Below, one piece after another: positions 34,801 to 46,980 of a stretch of 64,000 bases of DNA. Numbering within the stretch: position 1 is the first letter of the stretch; every line of letters starts with the position of its first letter. The notes beneath the pieces are model-generated. The model saw nothing but the letters and a program-made list of their open reading frames with translations. It was not told the origin of the DNA and searched no databases. Source of the DNA: Squalus acanthias. Taxonomy: Eukaryota. The translations under genes were made by a program, and so were the position numbers. Where the stretch lies: NCBI GenBank assembly GCA_030390025.1, contig JASTWF010000048.1:620001-684000 (forward strand), in the 5' to 3' direction.

Positions 34801-35689
34801 TATGCTTAGGCTGTGGTTATATCTACCACCAAAGAATAAACAGGCTGGGGTTCTTTACTCTAGAATGAGAAGACTGAAGGATGATTAATAGAGGGCTTTA
34901 AAATTATGAAATGTTTGAAAGGTTAGACCAGGAGAAGATGTTTTCACTTTTGGGGGAGACCAAATCAAGGGGCAATATAATAGTCACTAACAAATCCTAA
35001 AAGGAATTCAGGAGACACTTCTATTTCAAGAACAGTCTTGAAAAGACTTATGTACTCGGTTGCACTGGGAAAAATCCCCAAGTCCCAGGTGCTTGTAGTT
35101 GCACGTTCTGGCCACTACGTGGCGGTGTTGCCCCATTGAAGCCAACGCCACATTCTGATTTGGCACCGAATGAGCAATGCCGCAGCAGAACTAAAATTCC
35201 CCTTAATGGTTCAATCCGCTGTTTCTGGATCCTTTCCAATTCCCGACAATGAAAGAAATAAACGGGAGAGAGAAAGAAAGAAAGAGAGAAAGAATAAGAG
35301 AGCGAGAGTAGGAAAGGAAGCAGGAAAGNNNNNNNNNNNNNNNNNNNNNNNNNNNNNNNNNNNNNNNNNNNNNNNNNNNNNNNNNNNNNNNNNNNNNNNN
35401 NNNNNNNNNNNNNNNNNNNNNNNNNNNNNNNNNNNNNNNNNNNNNNNNNNNNNNNNNNNNNNNNNNTTAATTCAAGCGCCATCGAAATCAGTTGCTAAAT
35501 TCTCTGGCCCAGTATTTACTTTTGCTGTGAATTGTGTTGAGTTAATGTAGAGGTGGTTGCAACTGTTTGATGCGACTTCCGGCTCTGACGCTGTGCTAAT
35601 GAAACTGACCTGAATTTAAGACTGAACCTGGTCTGGCCCGTAATTACCAGGGAAACTAACCTGGTGCTCATGACATTAGAAGAAGATAT

Positions 35690-37700
35690 CAAAAAGGATA
35701 TAAATACATTTAAGATAGAAAGGGGGGAGATCCTTGACAAACTATTCAAATTTAGAGAGGGTAAAACCCCTGCATCTGCGCAAACATAAAGACGTTGGGG
35801 AAAAGATAGCAGAGCTACTATTAAATATATATAAAAATTCATTAGAAATGTGAATAGTGCCAGAGGACTGGCGGGCAGCCAATGTAATTGCTTTATTTAG
35901 AAAGGGAGACAGAACAAGTCCAGGGAACTACAGCTCAATTAGCCTAACGTCGGTGACAGGTAAGACAATGGAATCCTTGCTCAAAGGTTTCATAAAAATA
36001 TCTGGAAACTGAAAAAACAATATAGAGCAGCTAAGAATCTATAATAAAGAAGATTACAACAGGGAAGGTCATGCTTGACCAAACTTATTGAATTCTTTGA
36101 AGAATTAACTGAAAGGGTAGATATGGGTCATGATGTAGCTGTAAGCTATTTGGATTTCCAAACAGCCTTCCACTATGAACCTCGTATTAGACTCATGACT
36201 AAGGTCAGAACATTTGGAGTCAGGGGACAAGTAGCAGAATGCAGAGCAAGCTGGCTACAAACAAAAAACAGAGATTTGGGATTAAAGTTAGTTACTCAGA
36301 TTGGCAAATGGCGAAAAGTGGTGTTCCACAAGGATCGGTGCTGGGACCACAGTTGTTCACCATTTACATAAACGATTTGCACTCGGGAATCGGAAGTCCA
36401 ATTTTAAAATTTGCGAATGACACCACATTGGGGGATGTAGTTAATACAGAGATGGACTGCAACAAATACAGGAAGACATTAATACACTTGCAGAATAGGC
36501 TTGTAATTGGCAAATGAACTTCAATATAGAGAGGTTCGAGGTAATACATTTTGGTGGGAAGAATAATGAAGCCACACACTCCTGAGAAAATAAGTGTCTA
36601 AATAGGGTAGAGGAACAGAGGGATCTGGTCGCACAGATGCACAGATCACTAAAAGTAGCGACACAGGTTAATAAGCTCATAAAAAAGCAAACAAAACACT
36701 GGGGTTCATTTCTACAGGGATAGAATTGAAATGCAGAGAAGTTATGTGAAAATTGAATAGAACCTTGGTTAGACCACACTTGGAATACAGTGAACAGTTC
36801 TGGTCTCTGTGTTATATAAACGATATACAGACACTGGAGAAGGTGCAAAATATATTTATTAGAATGATATCAGAACTGAGAGCTTATACCTATCAGGAAA
36901 GATTGGACATGCTGGGTCACTTTTCTCTAGAAACGAGAAGACTGAGGGGTTACCTGATAGAGATCGTTAAGATTATGAAAGGGTTTGATGGGGTAGAGAT
37001 AGAGAAGATGTTTCCACTTGCAGGGAAGATCAGCACTAGGGCCCATAAATATAAGATAGTCGCTAATAGATCCAATAGGAAATTCAGGAGAACCTTATTT
37101 ACCTAGAGATTGGTTAGAATGTGGAATTCGCTGCCACAGGGAGTAATCGAGGTGAATAGCGTAGACACTTTCAAGGGGAAGCAAGATAAGCACAAGGAGC
37201 AGGATTTTAAACATACACAATTATTTCAGGGCTTAACAGGTTAAATGCAGGGAGGATGTTTCCCCTGGCAGGGAAGTTTGAACCAGGGGTCACAGTCTCA
37301 GAATAAGGGGTCGGCCATTTAGATCTGAGATGGGGAGAAATTTCTTCACGCAGAGGGTGGTGAATCTTTGGAATTCTCTACCCCAGAGGGCTGTGGAGGA
37401 TCAGTTGTTGAGTATATTCAAGACAGAGATCGATAAATTTTAAAATATTAAAGTAATCCAGGGATATGGGGATAGTGCAGGAAAGTGGAGATGAGGCAGA
37501 TGATCAGCCATGATCTTATTGAATGGCGGAGTAGGCTTGAAGGGCCAAATGGCCTACTCCTGCTCCTATTTCTTATGTTCTTATGAATAGAACGGTATGT
37601 TGATGGGGTCAGGTGAAGGGGGTTGGGAGTTGGCTCGTGTGCAGCATAAACACCGGCATGGACCTGTTGAGCCAAATTTCCTGCTTCTGTGCTGTAAATA
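35690..37700 (+). mobile_element. Decayed CR1 LINE ORF2 (RT) with a nested second CR1 3' fragment (~37220-37585)
   Basis: [50 protein letters not shown]. Confidence 0.92.
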
Positions 37701-38299
37701 CCTTGTGATACTTAGTTGAAAAAACAGCACCCACCGGAGTGCATCTCACCGCCACAATGCTTTACAACATTCTCCAACTTGCTGCTTTATTTCTGGTGCT
37801 GTGCAAGAATTTAATTGAGCAACAACGTTCTGACAACAACGTTCGATTTGTTTTAATGATTAAACATTGAGAAACAATTTTCCCCAACCCCAGATGAATT
37901 ATTGTATCCAAACACATTTTAGAAAGGCTGTCAAGGCCTCAAAGAGGGTTCCGAAGAGATGTTCCAGAATGTTACCAGGATCGAGGGATATCAGTTGTGT
38001 GGCGAGACCAGAGAAGCTGGGATTGTTCTCCTTTGAGCAGATAAGGTGAAGGGGAGATTTATCAAAATGTCACCAGGTTTGAGCGACCTCGTTAGAGAAC
38101 AGAAACCGGGAGTGGCGGGGTCGGGGCGAGGGATCATCAGCTGTCAATCAGACTGCAAGAAGGCGTGGCTTGTAGTGAGCGGGCTGCAGATGTCAATCAA
38201 ACAGAACTGCAGTTCGATAAAACCGCGACGCAGCTGCCGGGAGAGCAGATTCTTGTTACAAAATCTCGCTCATTTCTCTTGTGCAAACTATTAAGCACA

Positions 38300-38727
38300 A
38301 TGCATGTAATCTGGTGTCTGGTGTCTGCGCTGCTGCTGCACAGTAAGTCAGCCTCTGCAATGCCAATGCTCAGTCGGGCTCCGAATGTGAGCGCCTCCTG
38401 TAGTTTAATCCAATTTTTCTCCTATTGGCAGGTGTAGCTAGCGAAAATGTTCAGCAAATTCCGCCTGTAATCTCCAAATCCCTGCAATCCCCATTGCAGA
38501 TCCGCTGTTATGCAGAGGGCTCCGTCGGTACAGTGTTTTCCTGGGACCGCCAGCTCCCAGCCGGAGAGCTGTTGTTCCTCTTCAACTCTCGAAATGCCGT
38601 GCGCATCGACTCGGCGGGAGAGGTGGACGGCTTCACCGCCTCTCGACCCGACGGCTCCACCTTCCACCTGCAAACGGCCAGCCTGCGAGCGAACCACTCG
38701 GGGGTGTATTACTGCGCCTGGCGACTC
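38300..38727 (+). CDS. TRBV: TCR beta V segment V11, TRBV30-like, open (leader 38300-38342, V exon 38432-38727)
   Basis: Leader MHVIWCLVSALLLH|gtaagt; 89-bp intron; VASENVQQIP..SPLQIRC..WDRQ..FTASRPD..HSGVYYCAWRL. Confidence 0.9.
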
Positions 38728-38766
38728 CACAGTGACACAAGGAGGCGGGGCGGTGCAACAAAAACT
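38728..38766 (+). other. 23-RSS of V11
   Basis: cacagtg + 23 nt + acaaaaact. Confidence 0.95.
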
Positions 38767-38879
38767 CGGTGCAGCAGAGAACGAGCTTGAGGACCGCAAC
38801 AGTCGCTGCATTGCTGGGTGAGGTGTTCAGCCCGAGGGGTAGAGAGGGGCGGGGGGCGGTGTCGAGACGCGACAGCATT

Positions 38880-39129
38880 GTTTAGATACAGAGTAAAGCC
38901 CATGATACACTGTTGTGATACATAATGAAGATTCTCATTCACTGATTAGATACGGAGTAAAGATCCTCACTCACTGATTAGATACAGAATAAAGATCCTC
39001 ACTCACTGATTAGATACAGAGTAAAGACCCCCACTCACTGATGAGACACAGAGTAAAGACCCTCACTCACTGATTAGATACAGAGTAAAGACCCTCACTC
39101 ACTGATTAGATTTAGTAAAGACCCTCACT
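38880..39129. repeat. ~32-bp minisatellite (ctgattagatacagagtaaagaccctcactca) running into a gap
   Basis: Direct tandem repeats. Confidence 0.88.
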
Positions 39130-41629
39130 NNNNNNNNNNNNNNNNNNNNNNNNNNNNNNNNNNNNNNNNNNNNNNNNNNNNNNNNNNNNNNNNNNNNNNN
39201 NNNNNNNNNNNNNNNNNNNNNNNNNNNNNNNNNNNNNNNNNNNNNNNNNNNNNNNNNNNNNNNNNNNNNNNNNNNNNNNNNNNNNNNNNNNNNNNNNNNN
39301 NNNNNNNNNNNNNNNNNNTCGAACTATGTATTTATCTGTCTGTCTATCTATCTGTCTATCTATCTGTCTGTCTGTCTATCTCTCCGTCTAACTATATGTC
39401 TTTCTAAATGTCTGTATATCTCTCTGCCTATCTCTCTATATCTCTTTCTATCTATCTGTCTATCAATCTGTCTATCTGTCTGTCCATCTGTCTGTCTATC
39501 TGTCTGTCTATCTGTTGATCTGTTTATCTGTTTATCTTTGAATGATTACAATTTGTTATTTATTAATTATAAAATGCTATATCGATGTATCCAATGCCCT
39601 TTTTTTCACAAATTATCTACATTTAAACAGCAGATTATGCGGTAGCGTAAATTGGTTAACGTCAGTGGTGAAAGATTGGATGGTGGAGTAGGTGCAGGAG
39701 ATACCCGTACCTTCCGATATGCCACTGAATTATTCCTGTTATTTCCGCCATTGCAATTGCGACGAGAGATGCGCTCCTTATCACAGCATCATGGAATGAT
39801 ACTTCACAGAAGGAGGCCATTCGACCCATCGCGCCTGTGCCGGCTCTGTGAAAAAGCTATCAAATTAGGTCCATTCCCCTGCCCTATCCCCTACAGACTT
39901 GCAAGTTTTCCCACAGGAAATATTTATCCAATTCCCTTCAGAAAGTTACTATTTAATCTGCTTGCACCACCCTTTCAGGATGAGCATTTGAGATCATAAC
40001 AAACCGTTGTGGAGAAAAATTCGCCGCAAGTCGCCACTGGCTCTTGTACCAACTTCCTTATATCTGTGTACTCTGGATAGACCCTTCTGCGAGTGGAAAC
40101 AATTTCTCCTTGTTTACCCGATCAAAACCCTTTGCTATCTTGAATAAGGGTTATGGTAGCACAGTGGTGATGTTACTGAGTTCATAATCCAGTAGTTCTG
40201 GACGAATAATGTAAAAACATGAGTTCAAATCTCACCACGGCAGTTGGAGAATTTAAATTCAGTTAATTAAATGCATCTGGAATTAAAAATCTAGTATTGG
40301 CACTAAGGAAACCCATCTGGTTCAATTTATTTGCCACGTGCGGATCAAGAATGCATCTCACAACCACCTTTCTCAAGAGCAAAACGGGATGGGTAATAAA
40401 TGCCGGTCTTGCCAGCGACGCCCACATGCCATGAATAAAAAAAATCTCCATTATATCTCCCATTAATAATCTCTGCTTTAAGGAGAACATTAGCAGCTTC
40501 CCTTGTCTCTCATAACTGACGTCCCTCATCCCTGGTACCATTCTGGTAAATCTTCACTGTGGCGAACAACCCCATACACATAGGATATAATTCATCTTAG
40601 AACCCTTAAACGTGTCACTTCTATCTAGGCGCCTTTTGACGTGTTTTTTCAAAGAAACTAGAAGTCCAGCCCAGCAAATAATATAACCCTTTAATTCTCG
40701 TTGAGCACATGGGAACTGAAAGCTGCACTGCCTGAAAGAAGAGAAAAATTTGACCCAACAATGGTCCGCGTTTTATAGAATCATAGAATCCTAAAGCACA
40801 GAAGGAGGCCACTCGGTCAGTCCAGTCCGTGCCGGCTATTTGAAAGAGCGATCCAAATAGTCCCACACGAGTTTCCTCCCACCCACCTTAATCTCACTCT
40901 GTCAACATATCCTTCTGTTCCTTTCTCCCTCATGTATTTAGCTAGCATCCCTTTAAATGCATCTATGTTATTTCCCTCAACCACGCCTTGTGGTTGCGAG
41001 TTCCACGTTCTCACCACTCTCCGGGTAAAGTGGTTTCTCCTGAATTCCCTATTGGACTATTCCCAATTGTCTCTCTTATATTTACGGCCCCTAGTTTTGG
41101 CCTCTCCTATCCAATTATTCCCACAGCCCTGTTCATTCCCCATAGCCCTGTTTTTATCCTCTTCTAGTTTATGTCCAATTCCCTTGTGAAAGTTACCAAT
41201 GGATCGGTCTCCAGCACCCTTTCAGGAAGTGTATTCCCGATCATAAAATCTTGCTGCATGAAAAACTGTCTCCTCATCTACCAGTTGGATTTTTTGCCAA
41301 ATACCTTAAATCTGTGCCCTCTGGTCACCGACCCTTCCGGCAGAGGAATCAATTACTCCTTGTCTATTCTATCACAACCGCTCTGAAATTTTAACACCTC
41401 TATTAACTCTCCCCATATCGTCTGTGATGTATAATTTTATGAAATTGCTAAACTACCTCCGTTTCAAGCTTCTCACCATATAGAAATACGCTGATATTTC
41501 CTTCTTCTGTCCCAAGTGGATGACGTCACACTTGCCCACAATGAATCCATCTGTCAATGTTTTGCTCACTCATTCAATCTCTCTCTGTCAACTTTGAAAC
41601 AGACTGTCCCCGTCTGCTCTGCTCACTGC

Positions 41630-42275
41630 CAATCAGAGAGAGATGGGTCGCACTGTCAAACAGGGAGAGAGAGTCAGGTCTGCTAATCCGAGAGCGCTGT
41701 CATTCAGAGATGGGAGGGGCGGTGCTTTCAATCAGAGAGGGCGTGGCCGAGCTGTCAAACATATAGGTCGCTGCAGGGTTGTCAATCAGAGAGTGAGGGG
41801 TGGTGCTGTCAATCAGAGAGGGGGCGCATCTGTCAATCAGAGAGGGCGCGGCACAGTTCGCAATCAGAGAGTGAGGGGTGGCGCTATCAATCAGAGTGGG
41901 TGACGTGTTTTCAGAGAGGGGCGGGGTGGTGATGTCACTCAGAGAGGGGCGTGGTACTGCTGTGAATCGTTACATATGATTACCTAGGATGTATGGCACA
42001 GAAACAGGCCATTCCTTCCAACCAGTCCATGCCGGCGTTTTTGCTCCACACGAGCCTCCTCCCGTCTTTCCTCTTCTAAATCTATCAGCATAAACCTCTA
42101 TTTCCTTTTCCCTCATATGCTTGCCTTGCCTCCCCTTAAATGTACCCATAATATTCGCTTAAACCACTCCCTGTGGAATCAGAGAAGGTAGGGGCGGTGC
42201 TGTCACTCGGAGAGGGCCGAGGCAGGGCTGTCAATCAGATAGGGCGAGACAGGCCTGTCAATCAGACAGTGATGG
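41630..42275. repeat. ~27-bp CTGTCAATCA minisatellite upstream of V1' (fewer units than the first copy)
   Basis: Paralog of 350-1120 with unit deletions. Confidence 0.85.
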
Positions 42276-42430
42276 GTGGGATACTGTATATTCAGTATTT
42301 TCTTATGAATGATAGAGATTGTGCATTTTCACGCGGCAGTCTCGCCTTGCAAACAACAGTCTCATAGCTCTGATTTCTGGGCAGATTATTGGCCGTGAGA
42401 GCCCCGCTCTCAAACCCTCTGTCCCGGACC

Positions 42431-43757
42431 ATGCGAACTTGCCTCCTGTCCTGCACTTTGCCGCTGTTCCTATTGGCGGGTAAGTAAACGAGAGGCCGGT
42501 GTCCCATAGGAAGACTTTGGGTCTGGTGCAGGAATGTATTAAAGTCCTATCAATGAAGTTTTCAATAATGAGAGAAAAAAAGAAAGAAGGAAAGAAGGAA
42601 AGAAAGATAGAGAGACAGAAAGTTAATGAGAGAACAGCTTTGTGGGAATAAATAGACTGTATTTGATCATTTGCAAATAAAGAAGTCAAATTTGAGTTAA
42701 ATACAGTCGGGATGGACGTGTATAGAACAGGGTTATTCCTGTATTGTTTAAATTAGTGAGTGATTTTTCCACTTCAATCCCTGACAATTGCCCCGATTAC
42801 AAGTCGAGCTCCGCTAAAACAACGGGCTCCCAAATAACTACAAGCGCCTGCGGGTTTAGAATATTCATCTGGCTTTGACAAATCGACTAAAAGCAGGATG
42901 GCGAGTGGTCGAATAGATAAAAGTGTATGTTAAGGAACATAGGAACAGGAGGAGGCCATTCAGGCCCTCGAGTCATTCAATGAGATCACAGCTGATCTGT
43001 ACCTCAACACAAGTTACCCGCCTTGGTTGCGTAACCTTTAATAACCTTATCGAACAAAAATCTTTCAAATTCAGTTTTGAAATTTTCAGTTGACTCCGAC
43101 CCTCAACAGTTTTTTGGGGAGAGAGTTGCTGACTTCCACTACCCTTTGTATGAAGAGGTGCTTCATCGCATCACCCCTAACCGGCCTAGCACTACCTTTA
43201 AGGTTATTCACCCCTTGTTCTGGTCTCCCCCCACCAGAGGAAATTATTTCTCTCTCTCTGCCCTAGCCACTCCTTTAATCAGTTCAATTAGATATAGGTG
43301 AAAAATACAGGAATTAAATCGATTTATATCAAAAGTAAGCGAGTGATAGACAGAGGAATAGCAATCACGGAAAAGCTAATAATCAGAGAGGTTAGTGTGT
43401 CTTATTTCTGGGGAAATAAATGTCTCTCTTTAATGTTAATTCTTGTTTTGCTTCGAGGTGTTGGCGGTTCTCAGAAGATGGTGCAGTCCCGAGAGTATGT
43501 GTCGGTGAGAGAGGGCGAGTCTGTGACTATCCCGTGCACCCAACGCGGGACCGATGCTGACATGTACTGGTACCGTCAGCTCCCGGGTCTGGGACTCCAG
43601 CACATCCTGCAGGCGTTCCAGTGAGATGACCCGAGCAGGTCGGACGGGTTCAAGGAGCGATTTTGGGCCAAGAAAAGTGCAGATAACTCCTTCGATCTGA
43701 AGATATCGATGTTGCGGCCGAACGACACGGCGCGGTATTTCTGCGCCTGCAGTGATG
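42431..43757 (+). pseudogene. TRBV: V1' pseudogene (leader 42431-42479, V exon 43458-43757)
   Basis: Near-identical to V1, but with TGA at 43622-43624 (GGA in V1) and an intact ARYFC. Confidence 0.9.
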
Positions 43758-43796
43758 CACAGAGACACACTCAGACTGAACAGTGCTACAAAAACC
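43758..43796 (+). other. 23-RSS of V1'
   Basis: cacagag + 23 nt + acaaaaacc. Confidence 0.93.
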
Positions 43797-45435
43797 CGCC
43801 CGTCTCAGACACTAACCCCNNNNNNNNNNNNNNNNNNNNNNNNNNNNNNNNNNNNNNNNNNNNNNNNNNNNNNNNNNNNNNNNNNNNNNNNNNNNNNNNN
43901 NNNNNNNNNNNNNNNNNNNNNNNNNNNNNNNNNNNNNNNNNNNNNNNNNNNNNNNNNNNNNNNNNNNNNNNNNNNNNNNNNNNNNNNNNNNNNNNNNNNN
44001 NNNCAGCTCGCTCTCCGTCTCTCCGTCTGTCTTTTCTATCTCTCAGTCGCTCTCTTTCCCTGTCACTCTCTAAACCTGCCTCGGTCTCGCTTTCGCGTCC
44101 CCTCTCTCCCTACCTCTCTGCCTCTCTTCCGCCTCTCACCCTCTCGCCCTCGCTCTCTCTCACACCGTCTCCATCTCTCTCCCTCGTTCCCTCTCTCTAT
44201 TCCTCTTCTTCTCTCTCCCTCGCCCCCTCCTTCTATTCCTCTACTTCTCTCTCCCTCGCTCCCTCTCTCTATCCCTCTTCTTCTCTTTCCCTCGCTCCCA
44301 ATCCTTCCCGCTATCCACCCCTCAGTCGCCCTCTATCTGGTAAGCAGATGTAAAATGAGAAAATGGCCCATTAACATTCTGTGCTTTACGGACAACAATC
44401 CCAACTTCCTTAGTCTCTCATAACTGACGTCCCTCATCCCTGGTGCCATTCTGGTAAACCTCCTCTTAACCTTCACTAAGGCGATCAACCCCATACAGTT
44501 AGGGTATAGTTCATCTTAGAACCCTTAAACGTGTCACGAATGTGTCACACTGTGCAAAGGCGAGATGCCTCCCCAGATATGTTTTTCACAGAGACACCTG
44601 CCTCTTGACGGCGGGTACAACATCTGTTGAAAACCGTTTACCCACTTCTCTGTCAGACTCTAGGCGCCTTTTGAAGTGTTTTTTCAAAGAAACTAGAAGT
44701 TCGGCCCAGCGAAGAACTTAACCCTTTAATTCTCGTTGAGCAGATGGGAACTGAAAGCTGCACTGCCTGAAACAAGAATGAACCTTGACCAAAAAATAAT
44801 CCGCGTTTTATAGAATAATGGAATCCTAAAGCACAGAGGGAGGCCACTCGGTCAGTCCAGTCCGTGTCGACCTTTTGAAAGAGCGATCCAATTGGTCCCC
44901 ACGAGACACCTCCCACCCTCCTTCACCTTAAACTATCAACATATCCTTCTATTCCTTTATCCCTCATGTGTTTATCTCGCTTCCCCTTAAATGCATCTAT
45001 ATTAATACACTCAAACACGCCTTGTGTTAGCGAGTTCCACATTTTTACCACTCTCTGGGTAAAGAGGTTTCTCCTGGATTCATTATTGGATTTATTAGTA
45101 TCGATCTTATAGTTATGGCCCCTAGTTTTGTCCTCTCCTATCCAATTCTTCCCAAACCCCTGCTCATTCACCACATCCCTGTTTTTTCACTCTTCTAGTT
45201 TATGTCCAATTCCCTTGTAAGATCTTAAATGATCACTGAGTTCTTGGACAAGACACCAATAGGCAGTAGCCAGTATGTTTGAGCGATAGATCAAGATTTA
45301 TTAAGCTTACAACGTCATCAATACTGAACGTTTGGCGATAGTTTTAACGAGTTTCTCGCAGCCCTTGGTCTCTGGAACCTCTCGGACACAGATGACGTCA
45401 TCTTAAGTCTGTTCCTCTGTTCTCGCAGTACCTCT

Positions 45436-46980
45436 GTGGGATATGTGGAGCACTCTTTGTTCCAGTCCTACTCAGGTCCCCTCCCTCACCTCTTTTTCCG
45501 GTACATTGATGACTGTATCGGTGCCGTTTCCTGCTCTCGCCCTGAACTAGATAATTTCATTAGATTTGCATCCAATTTCCACCCTTCCCTCACCTTCACA
45601 AGGTCCATCTCCGACTCTTCCCTTCCCTTCCTCGACTTCTCCGTCTCCATCTCTGGGGATAGGTTATTGACAAACATTCACTACAAGCCCACTGACTCCC
45701 ACAGCTACCTGGACTACAATTCCTCCCACCCCGCCTCCTGTCAGGACTCAATTCCATTCTCTCAGTTTCTCCGTCTCCGCCGCATCTGCTCTGACGATGC
45801 CACCTTCCATACCAGTGCTTCCGACATGTCTTCCTTCTTCCTCAACCGAGGATTCCCCTCTACTGTGGTTGACACGGCCCTCGACCGTGTCCGTTCTATC
45901 TCCCGCACTTCTGCCCTCACCACTGCCCCTCCCTCCCGGAACCACGATAGAGTTCCCCTTGTCCTCACCTTTCACCCCACCAGCCTCCACATTCAACGGA
46001 TCATCCTCCGATATTTGCTCCACCTCCAGCGTGATCCCAACACCAAACGCATCTTCCCCTCACCTCCCCTTTCAGCATTCCGCAGGGACCACTCCCTCCG
46101 CGACACCCTAGTCCACTCCTCTACCACCCCCAGCACCCCTTCCCCTTCTCCCATCACCTTCCCTTGCCAGCGCAGGAGATGCAACACACGCCCTTATACC
46201 TCGACACTTCCCACTGTCCAGGGCCCCAAACGCCCCCTCCAGGTGAAACAGCGATTTACTTGTACTTCTTGCAATTTAGTATACTGTTATCGCTGCTCAC
46301 GATACTGTCTCTTCTACATTGCGGAGACCAAACGCAGATTTGGTGACCGCTTTATGGAACACCTCCATTCAGTCCTTAAGGGGGACCCCGAGTTTCTGGT
46401 CGCTGTCACTTTAATTCACCGCTCCACTCCCACTCAGAACTCAGCGTCCTCAGCCTCTTGCATTGTTTCTCGGGAGCTCAGCGTAAGCTCGAGGAACAGT
46501 ACCTCATCTTTCGATTAGGCACTTTAGATCCTTCTGGACTCAACATAGAGTTCAACAATTTCAGATCATAACCCCGGCCCCTATCATATATATATATTTT
46601 ATCCACACTTTTGTTCTGTTCTACTCTCCCACATGGCAGTTATTTTTCTTTCTGCCAGCGCAATTTACACTTCATCTCGTGCCATCCTTTGTTTCTTAAC
46701 CTGTCCGATTACCATCGCCTTTTGCCTTGAATATCTCTTAATGTCTCTCAATGTCTCTTAAGCTCTCCTGCCTTCTATCCTATCACAGGACTTCCCTTTT
46801 GTTCTTTCATCCCCTCCCCCATTTCCCAGCTACTACACTTCCTTAAAAATCTCTTCCATTTCCTGCTTTTTTCCAGTTCTTACGAAAGGTCATCGACCTG
46901 AAACGTTAACTCTGTGTCTCTCTTCACAGATGCTGCTTGATGTGCTGAGTATCTCCAGCACTTTCTGTTTATACGTCTCT
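45436..46980 (+). mobile_element. Penelope-like element fragment (360-aa RT/GIY-YIG ORF) nested in the LTR-like element 45216-47451
   Basis: FFRYIDD..SIPFSQFLRLRRICS..YIAETKRR; decayed hammerhead at 46875-46911. Confidence 0.9.
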
